From Octopus vulgaris (Eukaryota), in assembly GCA_951406725.2 (NCBI GenBank), contig OX597825.1:4464001-4528000 (forward strand): DNA of 64,000 nt. Reading direction: 5' to 3'. A model generated the notes under the pieces. It did not search any database. It saw only the letters and a list, made by a program, of their open reading frames with translations, and was not told the DNA's origin. Every line of letters starts with the position of its first letter. The stretch's first letter is position 1. The translations under genes and the position numbers were made by a program. Shown here piece after piece: positions 1 to 14,429 of the stretch.

Positions 1-116
1 ATGATTGCAACTCATGTACGAGTATATGTCTATGTGTGTACACTCACATACACCTATACACTTATCTAGATACGCACCTATTTTAGTATGCGTTTGTGTA
101 CATATTTTTATATGGT

Positions 117-218
<102 letters not shown>

Positions 219-1580
219 TCATATTCACAAGCTTTCATGCGTAAGATTAGTCGTCAATAATTTTAAAATTGCAGTATTTTCGTAACCCATATTATTTCTA
301 TTTCTTGCAAATTATCGGCAGCAAATTCCGATAATAGCAGAACCATATTGAAATAAGCATAAAAAAATTGAAACACTTAAGTATTTTCTCAAAAAATTAT
401 ATGTAGAGCTTACTTTTATTGTCGTTCTGTGTTTCTGTATGTAAGGTCCTAGTACATAAACACTATGTGAATAGAATAATTGCTCTGTAGACGAGAATTG
501 CTTATTTAATAACGTAGAATATACATGTTGAGTTAACTCTCCCCACTGCTTCTAGTAAACCCTATACATGTTTAACAACTAGTATGTTTAAGGTGTAGCA
601 TAACACTCGCTGACATTCTTTTCGACTGCGCGTTCTCATGAATAGAACTCCGATTTCAACTGCTACAAAACTATCCGGTATGTCACCGATAAGCAAATTA
701 CAACAACGAGAATATCTTAAAACTTTAATTGAATACCCTCCGATTTATATGTAACGAAAGCAATGACATTGCTTCTTGCTAAGGATGAAACCTGAGAGGG
801 ATAACAATATTAATGTTAAATCAATATTAACTTAATTAACTTCATGACTTTTATAATAATAGGGCACAGAAAGTGTGTCAATAGTCAGCTGGAGGAGGTG
901 TCCTCCTGGGGCTACAAGCTACAGTAGCATAAGTGGCAAATATACTTTACGATATCGTGCAGCTACTGTTTATACCTCGCTCCGAGATTTATTATTAATT
1001 TTTATCTTGATATCATAATAAATATTTTCTAAATTTATCCCTATAATTATATGAGTATCCTCTCTTTATACTAAAACTATCTAGCAACTATTTCCTAATG
1101 TCTGAATAAATCTTGTTTCTCATCTTCGAAAATGGTTTCACTAATTTATATTGATTTTATTCTCGTTGTCTTCCATACTTTCTATAAACTTGCAAAAAAT
1201 ATTTACTTATATCTTCAGATTTCCAATTTCTTTTCATTTGCTATTGTTCATATCTTCTTGTTCATATCAATCCGTATATTTCGTAAATATTGTCTTTAAA
1301 TACATCTATTTACTTTCAGTTACTTAGTATCCTTTTCCCTATTTTTTACGATACTTTATTTTCTAGATTTTTAGTAATAAATGTATCACATTTCTTTTAG
1401 TGTACTAATATCTACTAGTTACTTTTTAATTATATGACTAACATTTCCTTCCATTTATTAGGCAATCGTCTTATTATTTTATATCTATTTTATTTTTATT
1501 GTTTTCCATAATATTTTCAATATTCACTTTGCCTTCTATCGTTACACCGAGAGTTTAGTATTTAACAAAAAAATTTCTTT

Positions 1581-1724
1581 CACCTGAGGATGTAACTTAA
1601 ATTTTGCATTATTTTGAAAGATTTTATGCATTTTACATTGAAGTAATAAAATAAGCTATTTCTTATTAAATATATTAATATAACTTATTTATACGGTTTT
1701 AAGTTACGAAACAATTTGTCGTTA
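1581..1724 (+). ncRNA. Hammerhead ribozyme motif (type I) with a very long helix II insert
   Basis: CUGAGGA (1584-1590) + U, then perfect 10-bp helix II GUAACUUAAA (1592-1601)/UUUAAGUUAC (1698-1707), GAA, helix III ACAA-U-UUGU and GUC triplet ending 1720. Helix I is only partly retained. Confidence 0.55.
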
Positions 1725-1911
1725 TATTTGAATTTTCTTATTGTTACATAAAATTTCATCGAACTCTTTTGCTCTCACTTATGATTTTTACACCCTCCTT
1801 ATTATCTCTTCCATCGTTTTGTATATTCTATACGTTTTGTAGAATGATACGTTAAGGATATTTTTTATGAGTTCTGCTGGATTACTTGCATCCATATCTT
1901 GTTTCTACAAT

Positions 1912-1979
<68 letters not shown>

Positions 1980-2123
1980 ATACTTCGTTATTACAGCTAC
2001 AACAACTTTACAATACAACTGTGTATGTAGATATCTATGTATACATTAGAATACATAGATATCTACATAAGCATATGTATGCCTGTGTAGGTTTTTATGT
2101 ATGTATCAACTTTTGTATGTGTT

Positions 2124-2161
<38 letters not shown>

Positions 2162-2703
2162 TGTGTGTGTGTGTGTGTTTATGTTTCTTTTAAGTACGTG
2201 CAAATATAATGATGCATGCATACGTTTGTATGTATGTGAATATCTTGTGTCTCTATATCTACGCATATAGATTTCTGTAAGTGAATATTCTTGTTAAAAA
2301 CAGACTTCCATTTATATTATTTACCATATACTAATTTAATCTCATTAGTATGTTTTCCCTTTTAAACTAAGAATTTCTTTTTGATCTAAGGTTTTCTTCG
2401 ATTTTATACAGCTTGATATTTTTGCCTTTTAATTTTTAATCGTGTTAATCTATATTTTTGATATTCATCGCTTCCTACACAAGCCGCTAGTTTAAACGAC
2501 CAATGAAATTCAAATGTAGATCGGTCAATGTGAATTACATTATAATATATTATACGTACAACCAATCACATGTTCCATTCTGAATCACAACTGTCCGATG
2601 AACGGGATTGTAAAACTCTGAGTAGGAGTTGTTGATAAAGCATATTACTCTACCTCCAGTATTCGTTTAGTATTTTTTCAACTTGTTTCGCATTTACGTT
2701 CTT

Positions 2704-2773
<70 letters not shown>

Positions 2774-2820
2774 TCTACAAGGCTCTTAACACAACAAAAC
2801 TCATACAAAGCATTACATTT

Positions 2821-2866
2821 TATATTTGACAATCTTTTTCTAAAATAAAGTGAAACCGGTCAAGTG
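2821..2866 (+). ncRNA. Degenerate minimal hammerhead with U3-A8 core
   Basis: UUGACAA (2826-2832), CUUU/AAAG helix II, GAAACCGGUC (2852-2861) with palindromic ACCGGU. Helix I is weak. Lies in a ~135-bp module between (TA)n tracts. Confidence 0.45.
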
Positions 2867-4921
2867 AATAAACATCTTTAAAATAGCATTTACAAACCTT
2901 CTTTCATATATATATATATATATGCATCTACCTACCTAGCAATCTGCCTATTTCTATATATATATGTATATATATATATGCGTATATAAATGTATACGCA
3001 TTGATGTCCGTATGCTTATACGTGTGTTCGTCGTGTTCATTGGTGCATGTGTATGAATTTGTAGGCTCGGATATTATGTGTGTGTGTGTACGTGTGTTTC
3101 TGCCGTGTCTCTGTGTTTGGATCTATTTATATATTTCTGTATATTTGTTTTTGTACAATTTTAAGATTTGTTTACAAAATTCTACCTTCCATACATTTTC
3201 ATGTTTTCATTTCATTATTTGATTTTATTGAAAGAAACAGCTGTTTCTTTCAACCGATGTGTTTCATTTCTTATTTATACATTTATACTATGGTGTTTAT
3301 TGATATCAAAATATGCAATTATATTTCCGAATTCTCCATGCATTTTCCCAAATATGAGGGGACACTGACTGACTTCTCTTCTAATATCTAATTACCCAAC
3401 GTCATACGTTATGGAGAAATCAGTTATCTTTTACATATCAAGTTCGTATTTGCAAAAAAAAATGTGTTTGAAAATATATTTTCGGAATTTCTCTCTATTC
3501 CTCGCAGTTAGCCCTCTTGCAATTTATATTTTGATATATTAAAAAGCCGCATTATTAAAACTTCCAAACCCACTGACCTGTTTTTTTTTATTTCTGCATT
3601 GTCCTCCTTTTACTTCTTTTCGCTAAAGTTTTCCTCGTATCAGTTTCGCGTCTTTATTCAATTGGCTGAGGTTTTCGAAGAGATAAATTAGATTTTCTAA
3701 CTCAATGACTTTTCTTCTATACTTCTTTTACTTGAAGCGTGTGAGCTGATTTTATGTTAACTTCGCTTATTTATTTTACTACATTTTGTAGTTGCCGGTA
3801 TAGAATCTATGTGTGCTTACGTGTTGATTTTAATCGATTTTAATCATATTACTTCCTTGTTCTAGTTAGCAGGTTTCGGTACAGTATTCTATCCTACATT
3901 TGTGTGTGGAACCATAAAACATGCTTCTTTTGTTTTCGTAGTCTCCGTAATCTTATTATAACGTTTAGTATTATACATTACTGTATAGAATTGCTGCTTC
4001 ATAATTTTTTCAATAGATTATAGTTCTATACGGCTTGAGCTTATAGAAAGGCTTATTTCCTTTATTTCACAGCAATCTTTCCAGTTTACCGCAATTGTAT
4101 TACTTAGGGGATGATCTGCTTTTACAATAACTTTTATGGTGTTTTCCTTTCCTCCTAATTCATGTACTTCATTTTAGTTTTCCAACTTACCTGAGGGTAT
4201 TTTGATCGTTCATAACCTGCAGGCGTTTTCATAACTATGAAATGCCGCATAGAAGCAACGATTCATATATCCTGTTGGGGGAATATATTCTGTAACCACG
4301 TGTTGCAGAACATTTTACTTCAAATCCAATCAAATATTTTAATAGTGGCTCTATGCTTTCGATCTGGTGCTAACCATCCGTTATATGTATTTAGTTTCGA
4401 GAGGAAATGTTTTAAGAATAGAAATTATTGGGGTAAAATTTACAAAGAGAGAATAGGAAATAGGAGGCCTGGAGTAAGGAAAGGGAATCTATTAGAAAAA
4501 TATACCCAACTATAATCAAACAAAAATTTTCCAAATCAATAATGAAACGCTTACGGAACCGCCATTTTTAAAAGCAGAAAAATAAAAATACTGCAATTAC
4601 GAGAAAATTATACGCTGTGAAGAAATCCACACCAGTAGTCTGGAGCTACCAATGCAGACATCTTTTAAAAAAAGTTTATACAAAGCCAATGTTACACAGG
4701 TCTAAAGTCAGAAAAAGTACGTTTAAGCTATTTATTTCTATTCCTACCTGTAATTATCGGCCAATCGTAAGGGACCTCTGGCGTTGAAGCTGATATTAAG
4801 GAGCCGCGATAACTCGTAGGTGACAGTCTCCTATCTCGTTTGATCATGTCCATTTCTTTGTTTACCAAAGTATCAACATTTTGATGTTGCGTTAAGCCTT
4901 CCCTTTATCTTCATTTATTGA

Positions 4922-4997
<76 letters not shown>

Positions 4998-5092
4998 CTA
5001 ATGTAAGTAACGTAAATGATGTAAATAATGTACATTATTGCTGTTGTTGATGTTGTTGTCGTTGCTGTTATTATTATTATTATTATTATTAT

Positions 5093-5345
5093 TCAGTAGT
5101 TTTATGTTTATAGCGTGCTTTCACTTCACTACCGAGTGCAGCTCTGTGTGCCTTAGATATGTGCTGTGATTTGTTGTGAATCTCTGACAGTTATTGTATG
5201 GATAGTGTTCTGCGTAGGATGTGTGCAGTGCCTAGTAGTGCAATTTTCTGTATGTTATATGTGTTTATAAGTCCTGGTGTTTTTGTTATGTATTTGTCTG
5301 AATATTTTTTTATCATGCCTAATGCACCTATTATGATAGGAATTG

Positions 5346-5347
<2 letters not shown>
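5093..5347 (-). mobile_element. 3' end of R4/Dong-like RLE non-LTR retrotransposon embedded in (TAA)n
   Basis: Minus strand reads TIPIIIGALGMIKKYSDKYITKTPGLINTYNIQKIALLGTAHILRRTLSIQ*, the typical C-terminus of R4/Dong-clade RLE proteins. (TTA)n on both sides. Confidence 0.8.
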
Positions 5348-5422
<75 letters not shown>

Positions 5423-5469
5423 CAATATTATGTGAATGAATGAGTGTTATTGTTCGAGTGACTAAAAAA

Positions 5470-5645
5470 ATACCATGCGTCACGTGTTCCGACTGTACGT
5501 TCTGAATGGAAATCTCACGGAGGTCAACATTGCATCATTCCTCTTTGGTCGATAATTTAAAGCATTACTCAAGTCTTGGTGTCAGTGGTATCGACTAACC
5601 AATTTCTTTCAAAAGTGTTGCCCTTATACTTAAATCAAAGACCAT
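5470..5645 (+). mobile_element. Degenerate SINE family A copy
   Basis: Diverged match to the body of 20883-21113 (cgttctgaat...gaggtcaac...ggtcgataa...tcgactaacc). Confidence 0.55.
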
Positions 5646-5668
5646 CATTATTACCATTATTATTATTA

Positions 5669-5717
<49 letters not shown>

Positions 5718-6826
5718 CATTACTTTCGTCATTATCACAAGCACCAAACGTTTGATAGCATGATTGCATCCACAGAAACTTCTATTTTAACAGAAAATCT
5801 ATGAACATATCGATGGAAAATTAATCAATACTTTCCGAATCTTTACTTTTACTTCATTCCAAATTCTGATTGTTTTTTTGTTTTGTTTTTTTTAATCGGT
5901 GAAGGCAATTTTCGGTTTCCAATACTTTAAAAAAAATTACTTGAAGGGAGAACTTGACCAATTATAGGAATTTTTTTTAAGTTATCGGGAAAGCAGGCTT
6001 ATAATCACCATCACTATTATAACCCTTATTATCGTCATCCCCATCTCTGTCATCATCATCATCATAGCCATCATCATCCTGTGCCTCTTTGAACACATCA
6101 CCACACATGGTGTTGTTATTGTTATGTTATTACTGTTTCAATGATTGTTGTTGCTGCAGCTCTTGCTGTTACTGTCGTTCACTTTTACTCGTTTCTTAGT
6201 TTCTCGTCCGTTTTTTCGTTTTTTACTCTTCATTTTTTTTGGTTAAAATTCATTTATATATAACAATCCTGTTAGTTGACATTTCACGTAACTTGTGCAA
6301 AAACATTTTCAAAAATAGTAACTAAGCAATGTAAATAAGCAACTTAAAAAACGAACCTAAATCATTCCTAAAAAAATAACCAAAACCTAACAAATCACAT
6401 ACTGTAAGGATTACTTAGTACGCTGCCGGTCTCAAACCAGTACGATTTCTACTTTCTTTCAGCGAAATTCTGTTTTTAAATATCACTAGTTTTCACTACA
6501 ATATTTTTTGTATCACATTAGGGTCGATAAAATCAGTGAAACTTATATACCGAAGTCTATTTAGATGATATGTTTGCAAACGATTCTTTTATAAGTACAA
6601 AAAAAAGAAAAAAGAAATGGTATTGGACAAGAGAAATAGAAATACATTTCTTCATAACTGCTAGATATTTATATCGGTGGTGTATGTAGCTGCTAGAACA
6701 TGGGGAAATGGTAGAAGGTTCAGGCTGTCGGATGGAATATCTTGCATTATATATTATGGCGGTGGAAGCTATGAGTTCAAATGCTGACAACCTCTCTTGT
6801 ATGTTTTTAAATCTCTTCGAAATAAA

Positions 6827-6877
6827 GTATGAATGACGTGATAGAATTCCGTGAGGCGCGCTATCACTCATTCACAC
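6827..6877. other. Isolated hairpin (~16 bp, one bulge)
   Basis: tgaatga(c)gtgatag / ctatcactcattca with a 16-nt loop. Confidence 0.5.
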
Positions 6878-8197
6878 ACTCTCTCTTCTTCTTCTTATCT
6901 TTCTTTTTCTCTCTCCCTCTCTTTCTGTCTCTCTCGGAATCGACTTCGCATCTGTAGTATATTTCTCTGTTTATGCATATTATTGATATTAGTCGTTTAG
7001 GAGAGAAGAAAACGGTACCTGAATTATTATCGTTCTGTTTGGAATGTTTAGCATGGTTATTCCGGCGATCTTCTGTGTGCGTTTACAATCGCTTCGAGGT
7101 TAACGTTAACCTTCTTCATTTTTAATACGGTGCATATATTTTCAGTCCATGGTTTTTGCTTCGTGAAACTATTAATTAGTCGAAAGAAATTTCATGTAAC
7201 GATTCATGAGCACTGTGTTTAGAATATAAATGATGTAAGTCCAACTTCTTTGCTTACAATCGGTCCATGTTTCCTGTCGGAATATAGCGGCTGTCATTCA
7301 ATAATGCTTCTCACATAAACACATAATGAGTAGAAACTCTGTCTTTTCTGCTCTTGTATAAAAACAGCGTTACACGACGCAAGACTATAATCAGTAAATG
7401 TAGTTTTTGACTAGTTTTTCTTTGAGTGTAGCAAACAATTAGTTACACATTACGAATCACATTTTTTCAAATTACTTTTCTATATTTTCGTCATTAATGC
7501 GTGAGATTATCGCTTCTTTTGGTAACTGATAAGGAATCTCAAACTGTTCTTAACCGACTTATAAAAAGAGATTCATGTAAATTTCTAGCATAAAATAATT
7601 TTTGTATAGTCAGTCTAGTTATCTCTCACTTTTATTGCCTAGATGTTGCTTACAGTTTTGTCTCCTATCTTTCAGATATTTTCTCTGCCTGATATATTGT
7701 GCTTCGTAACAAACACAACTTTTCCACAAAATATAAATCTGGATGCTTCGCTTTCTGATAAAATGAGAATATGTTTCTGTGTATAGTTTTGGAGTTACCT
7801 TATGTTTCCAATCTTTCGCTTTTCTAATCTTGTTTTCTGTGCAATTCTTTTGTGCTGTAAAATATATAAAATAGATATTGAAGATTAATTTTTATTTCTA
7901 TTCAATGTTGTAAGAATAAAATAATGACATTTACAAGAGATTACGTCACTTTCTTAGCAAAAATTATTCCATAGTTAATCCTGAAACGTTTAAGGGGCAG
8001 CAGATTAAGATTTCTGCTTTGTTTCATAGATTTTAGCTGTCAAATTATTATGAAAGCCTAGTTAAATCCGCCCAAAATGTTCAGTTAAAGCAACAGGCAA
8101 CAAAATCTTGGCGGTTATATCACTACGAGAAGAACATATGCTGTTATATATTTATATATACTTTGTGCGTTTGTATGTGTTTGTGTGTGTGTGAATG

Positions 8198-8244
<47 letters not shown>

Positions 8245-8336
8245 GTGTGTGTGTGTGTGGACACATTTTATTTTCGTTTTCATATAAACACCCAAATGCA
8301 CAAATAGATACCTAGATATACATACATAAATATACA

Positions 8337-8371
<35 letters not shown>

Positions 8372-9681
8372 AATAAAGAGAGAGAGAGATACAGATACAT
8401 ACATACGTGTGTGTGTGTATAAATAGTGACGAACGTAAGAAAAAGTAGTAGTACTTAACAACGTATGGCATCTTAAGTATATCCGTATTAGCCATTGAAG
8501 CACAACTGACTCAAACCAGAAGTCTCCTCGAACATTAATGGACACGAATCCTTACTCAACCATTTGAGTAGAGACGTAAGACAAGCAATATAGCTGATAA
8601 TGAGAGAGAAATAAGTCTCACATGGTCAATTGATAGTATACATGTTATGAAATTATTTTGCTGCGTTATCTGATATACATAGAAATTGTAATTGATTTAG
8701 TACAACTGCCTGAACGAAGCCTATATTTACTTACAACCTCAATGTTGTTGATATAGGCAGCGTATAAAGTGTATAACAGTACGAAAGTATGATAAATACT
8801 TCACTGATTAAATTAAGAATGACCAATGGATAAATATTGGACGTGAATTCATAACATGGAATATAAACCAGCCTTCTCTGTCCATATATCATCACACATG
8901 TGGGTACTGTTGCCCCTGAGTCTCCTATGCACAGTCTGGCCTATGGCATATACTCTTGGACGGCAAAAGCCGATCAACCTGCGTATGTAGGCAGTTAGTG
9001 TACATAGCAAATAACCGCATATATTGATATTTTCGATGCCAAGCCTCACTGCATTAATCGCTCGAGTACTGACGCATGCGTTCGGGCCGAAGCCATGTTT
9101 GTGTTCGGAATGAAATTTCTGATATATAATATGTCGGTGGATACACAATACATTTTGTTTTCAGCTGAGCGTGTTAAGTCATAAACGTGGGCGCATATGA
9201 GAATGTGTTTAACTTTCACTTCCGAGGTTTGTACTTATCTCTACTCTCACAAAGATATACGTACGTATATGTAAATATAAATGTGTATATGTGTGTATTT
9301 AGATGAGAGTGTATGTTTCATATATAATTATGAAAATATTAAAATATTTACACATGAATTATTCAGCACTTTTAGATAAAAGGTTATTACCTATTTTACC
9401 TACTTATATATCTATTATTACAATTATAATTTTATATTTCTATATTTTGTATCTTATTTTAAAAACTACGAACTGCATTTTTATATCATTTTATGCGTTT
9501 GATATCAGTAATCAGCTGCAGAATCAACAACACGCACACAACACTCACATAAATAAGAGTGCAAGGCCGCAGTGCTACACCATTTACTTACGTTCGTATC
9601 TATATTTTTTAATATTGAGTACATCTCCCAAATGTTTGATAAAACGAAACGAATATGCGTGTATATATATGTATATATGTT

Positions 9682-9714
<33 letters not shown>

Positions 9715-10019
9715 TTGTACAGACATATACATGTTTGTGTGTGTGGTGTGTGAGTGTGTTTAAGAATACATCTGTGTGCGGCGTGTGACTGCATACCTTC
9801 ATTTTTTGCCTTAAACACTGAGCTAACTTCCAAACAGTTTTTTACAGGCAATCATATACACAATCGGTTTAGCTCTAGTTTATCTTTTCAAGTGGAGATG
9901 TCTCCCTAGGTGAGATCATTTTAATTGTCTCTGTTTAGAGTTTATACGCTGGCACCTATTCTCTCTTTCTCTCTCTCTCTCTCACACACACACACACGCA
10001 CACATACACATATATATAT

Positions 10020-10131
<112 letters not shown>

Positions 10132-10213
10132 GTATTATATAAACATATATTTATGCATAAATGATTATTATATACATACATATATACACACACACATATA
10201 TATATATATATAT

Positions 10214-10254
<41 letters not shown>

Positions 10255-12109
10255 TAGATAGATTCATGTAATTATGTATGAATATTTATTTGTGTGTACA
10301 TATATGTGCGTTTTCCTGTGTTTGTGTCTGTAACGGGGACATCCATATTATTCCATCCCTTAAGATCCCACTTAAAAAGGAGTTGGTGAGCTGGACGCTA
10401 GAGTTGAGGATACTTACTCAAGGAATCATGCCGTGAGAATATATTCGGTGTCATATGAGAGCCATTGCTATGCACATTTCTTAGCACTGAAACATTGGTT
10501 TGCCTAAAATAAAGACAATGATTCAAAATACGTAGGTAAATTGTTTATAAAGAACTGGATGTGAAAATATTTCATAATGCTGCATGTTTTGCTTTCATGA
10601 TTCCATTAGGATTGTAAAATATTCTAGGTTTTCCTACAGAGAATCGCTAACTGTCCCTTTTTTTATCTTTGTCATTTTTCTTGTCTTTGAGCCCCGACTG
10701 AATGTGCTCTAGCTGTGACTCAGACAGAGTGCAACAACCTGTAGAACATGCATTTAATGCATGGTACCTTCATGTAACACATTTCTCTTTTTGGTTTTAG
10801 GGTGGTTTGTCTCCTGTTCTTCTTTAGTAGTCTTCGATCAAAGCCTCGTCTCGTCAAATGCATTCGAAGTATCAACAACATTCTCGGAGTTTTCATTCCA
10901 GAAACTGGTTCCAAAATGCCGCTTGGCCTAATACTACAACCAGTTCATGAATGACATAACTAGAACTCTGAATCAAGCATTCGAACCAGGAGTGTGGCCA
11001 CGTGATAAATTACTCGTCATAGAGACCCTGACAATAATCGTGTGTGTTGCCCTTCATCTAATTTATAATCTATTAAAATTGAGAAATGAAAAACGTTGCT
11101 TCGTTTACTTGTTTGCACTTTAATCTTTTACATAAGATATTAATATAAAGTATTGCAAAATTGACATCTTTGTCACAATAATGTTATGTGGATTAAACTA
11201 AATCTTTGTCTTAAGAATTTACAAAACAATTAATACAAAAGACAGATTAAATTGTTTAGAATTGACTTGTTTACAATAAATGTAATGCACTTAATTTCAC
11301 CCATGAGCGGTCACTTCCGGCTGACATTTTAGGGGAAATTATTTTGGTTTTAATACACTGTTACTTCTATATATAAGCCGAAAGTATAAATATGTTAATA
11401 AAATGTTTTTCTTTTAGGTAACACTTTTGCATATGTCAATGTCCAAACACATCACAGAATATTATAATGACATGTCAATAAGAATTATTTTGGAATTTCC
11501 AAAAGCTACCATATACGAATAGTTCAAGACAGCAAAGGTCAGTATTTTTTTTTGTAGTTGATTAAGCATTGACTGAGCTGATATTTGATGAAATATATCC
11601 CAGTCAGGACTTTTGGAACCAACTCATGCACCTAGGTCTTTATCAGCAGTATCTTCTATATAGCAAATTTTGAAATGCTAAAAGGACTGGAAGTCATCTC
11701 TTCTAATTATAGGTCTTGCTTTCTAATTGCCTTATAATTAACATGCCTGCCTATAGAATTGAACCGCCAGGAGAATATATGCTCAGTATATGCTCAAGTG
11801 ATGATTTAGCAAACTTTTAAACATGAATAGGCATCCTTCAATCCGTCATCTTATGATTCTTCTAAATTAGCTCCCCAGTAACAGCAATGTAGAAAAACCA
11901 TATCAATTTAAGGGGCAAAAGTCAACGCCGTTTTACAAATAGCATTCAGTTCACAATTGTTGAACAACCATTAAGCTGCACAATCCAATGTGAATATCAA
12001 GATCATAACACAGAGAACTAAAAGAAAATCAACAGATTATGGACATCTGTCTTTTTCCTATTAGATATTATTCTGTATGAATATATCTATACATATATAC
12101 ATGAATATT

Positions 12110-12174
<65 letters not shown>

Positions 12175-12581
12175 ATGTGTGTGTGTGTGTGTGTGTATGA
12201 GAGATAGAGAGAGAGTGTGTGCTTCTGTGTGTGCCAATTGTTCTATATTTCAATAATGATTTCAATTGCTTCGAAGGGTAAATACGGTTTAGATAACTCA
12301 CCTGCGAAAATAACGGACAGCGCAAGCACTAGATTCCAATTAATTTCCAAGTGAGGACAGATGAGCAACATGAAAACGAGCCCCTTGCTCAATGGCACAG
12401 GATGATGCGTGGTCCAGGAATTGTCATAATCCGAGCAATGTAAGTATAATGCTGCACGCCTTTGTGATATACATATATGTATGTATGTATGTATGTATGC
12501 ATCTTCTTGCCAATTGAGAACGAACCGGTTTGTAACCCAGATGCAAAATCCTTCTATGGAATTTAAACAATATCAACAGGT

Positions 12582-12613
<32 letters not shown>

Positions 12614-12692
12614 TATATATATATACATATATACACACACATATATATATATACACATATATACATATACATGTATACACCAGTATACACGC

Positions 12693-12727
<35 letters not shown>

Positions 12728-14380
12728 ATACGTTCATGCATGTATAAATATATGGGGCTGTATATGTGTGTACTTGTGCGTGTGCATTGGCAGTATTTAT
12801 GTATATATATATAGTCTTCAGTTATATTGTACGTCTGGTTTTTGATATTAAATTCTCTGCATCTGAAGTAAAACTGCAATATTATGTAGAATATCAATAG
12901 TGATATCCTATATGCTTGTTGTTAATATCATACATATACCCATTTATTGTATTTCGTATTCATTTAAAATTAATCCCATTTCTGTAGTCGGTCTTCGTGC
13001 TTTACTAAACTAAGCTACTTTCTTTTTTATTCTGTCATTTAATCGGATATGTTTCACGTGGTTTATAAACCATGATTAGTCTTAGATATGTGAGTATCAT
13101 TTTCATCGTTATCTAGTGCCCATCGTTAATCGTGTACGTAATGGTCAGCGCAACTACATATTTTGTGTCTTATTCTTCAATCGCTATATTTATAAGTAGA
13201 GAAATAATAATTACATCGCTGCTGATACTCAGACATAAATTTTATACTTACATCACTTTCGTGCAAATGATGTTTTCTGAAGTATTCATTCGCATAAAAA
13301 TTATTACCCCTTTTACAATTGTTGGCTCGCTGTTATACTGTATATGGCTTTAAAATGAGGAATATATTTTCCCGAAATGCTTTTGTCGTTTAGCTCCTTT
13401 GCATTCTCAACCGAAAATGGTGTTAACCTACAAATTGAATGTACGTTTTTGTATAGGCTACTGTTGCATCTTAAATTCAGGTCAATTTTGCATTTTAAAT
13501 TCTATTGCATCTTAAATTCAGGTTTGAACAAACCGACGTGCAGCTTCGTTTCAATTTCAGTCTCTCTATATAGGAATGCATAAAAATAATGTGACCCTTC
13601 ATTTTTAATAGGATAAAATATGAACTGATGCCATTTGACTGTATTTCATAGAGCTTTCCTGATTCTGGTCAATCTACACCAGTTCCGATCGAGATCAATG
13701 ACAAAAGGCAACCACACCTGACTCCTTACTGTTTTATTTCTATATAGAACTACATTGATTGACATAATTTTCTCGTTCAAGACTTACGTAGAGTAGTTGT
13801 TAAAATCACACTGAGCCACCCTTCTCATTGCTTCCTATTGTCGACGATATTTAACACAGATCAGCTCTGAAACAGCAGACACAGGATTCAAGTTATTCCA
13901 AATGTTAACATACCGTCTTGGAGTTTTCGGACGCTATTCGGTATGTCCGTGCTGTTCAAATTACTCCGACAAAATATTATAGATAATTATATAATAGAAA
14001 ACATAGACTTAAAATTATATATATATAAAGGTCGAAATCGCTTGATCTGAAGGTAGCGGAGGGATAAGTCTCGGCTAGCTATATAAACAAGCGTGTGTTT
14101 TGCACCAAAAAGCCAATACGAAAGCTTCTCTCATGGTAACTACCGCAATATAGTTACTTCTAGCAGAACATTCACGTTTTAAGTAGAGTTAAATTTTACC
14201 TGTCCGTATTTTCAAATTAATTATGAATAGATGCTTCATTCTTACAAATTTGAAATATTTATTTGACTTTATGAAGTAACTATAGATATATTTCCATTTT
14301 ATTCTCGTAACGAAGCTTCGAAATATATTAGACTTTCTACAAAATGCTTCTAAGCCATTCTTCTAAGTATTGACAATACC

Positions 14381-14429
14381 AGACAGAGCAGGTAACACAT
14401 AATAATCAGTTGTGTTACCTGTTCTGACT
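14381..14429. other. Near-perfect hairpin, pre-miRNA-like geometry
   Basis: cagagcaggtaacaca (14384-14399) pairs with tgtgttacctgttctg (14411-14426) with one G-U; 11-nt loop; 2 more bp beyond a mismatch. Confidence 0.55.

Noticed and set aside
890-950. Short hairpins ggagga/tcctcc and acagtagc/gctactgt
   Set aside because: Stems of 6-8 bp are expected by chance in 64 kb.
6665-6787. Possible short exon IFISVVYVAARTWGNGRRFRLSDGISCIIYYGGGSYEFKC*
   Set aside because: No recognisable homology or partner exons; length expected by chance.
11570-11680. LIFDEIY...THA.VF resembling a P-element/THAP9 transposase
   Set aside because: Needs several frameshifts and is too short to support without an HMM search.
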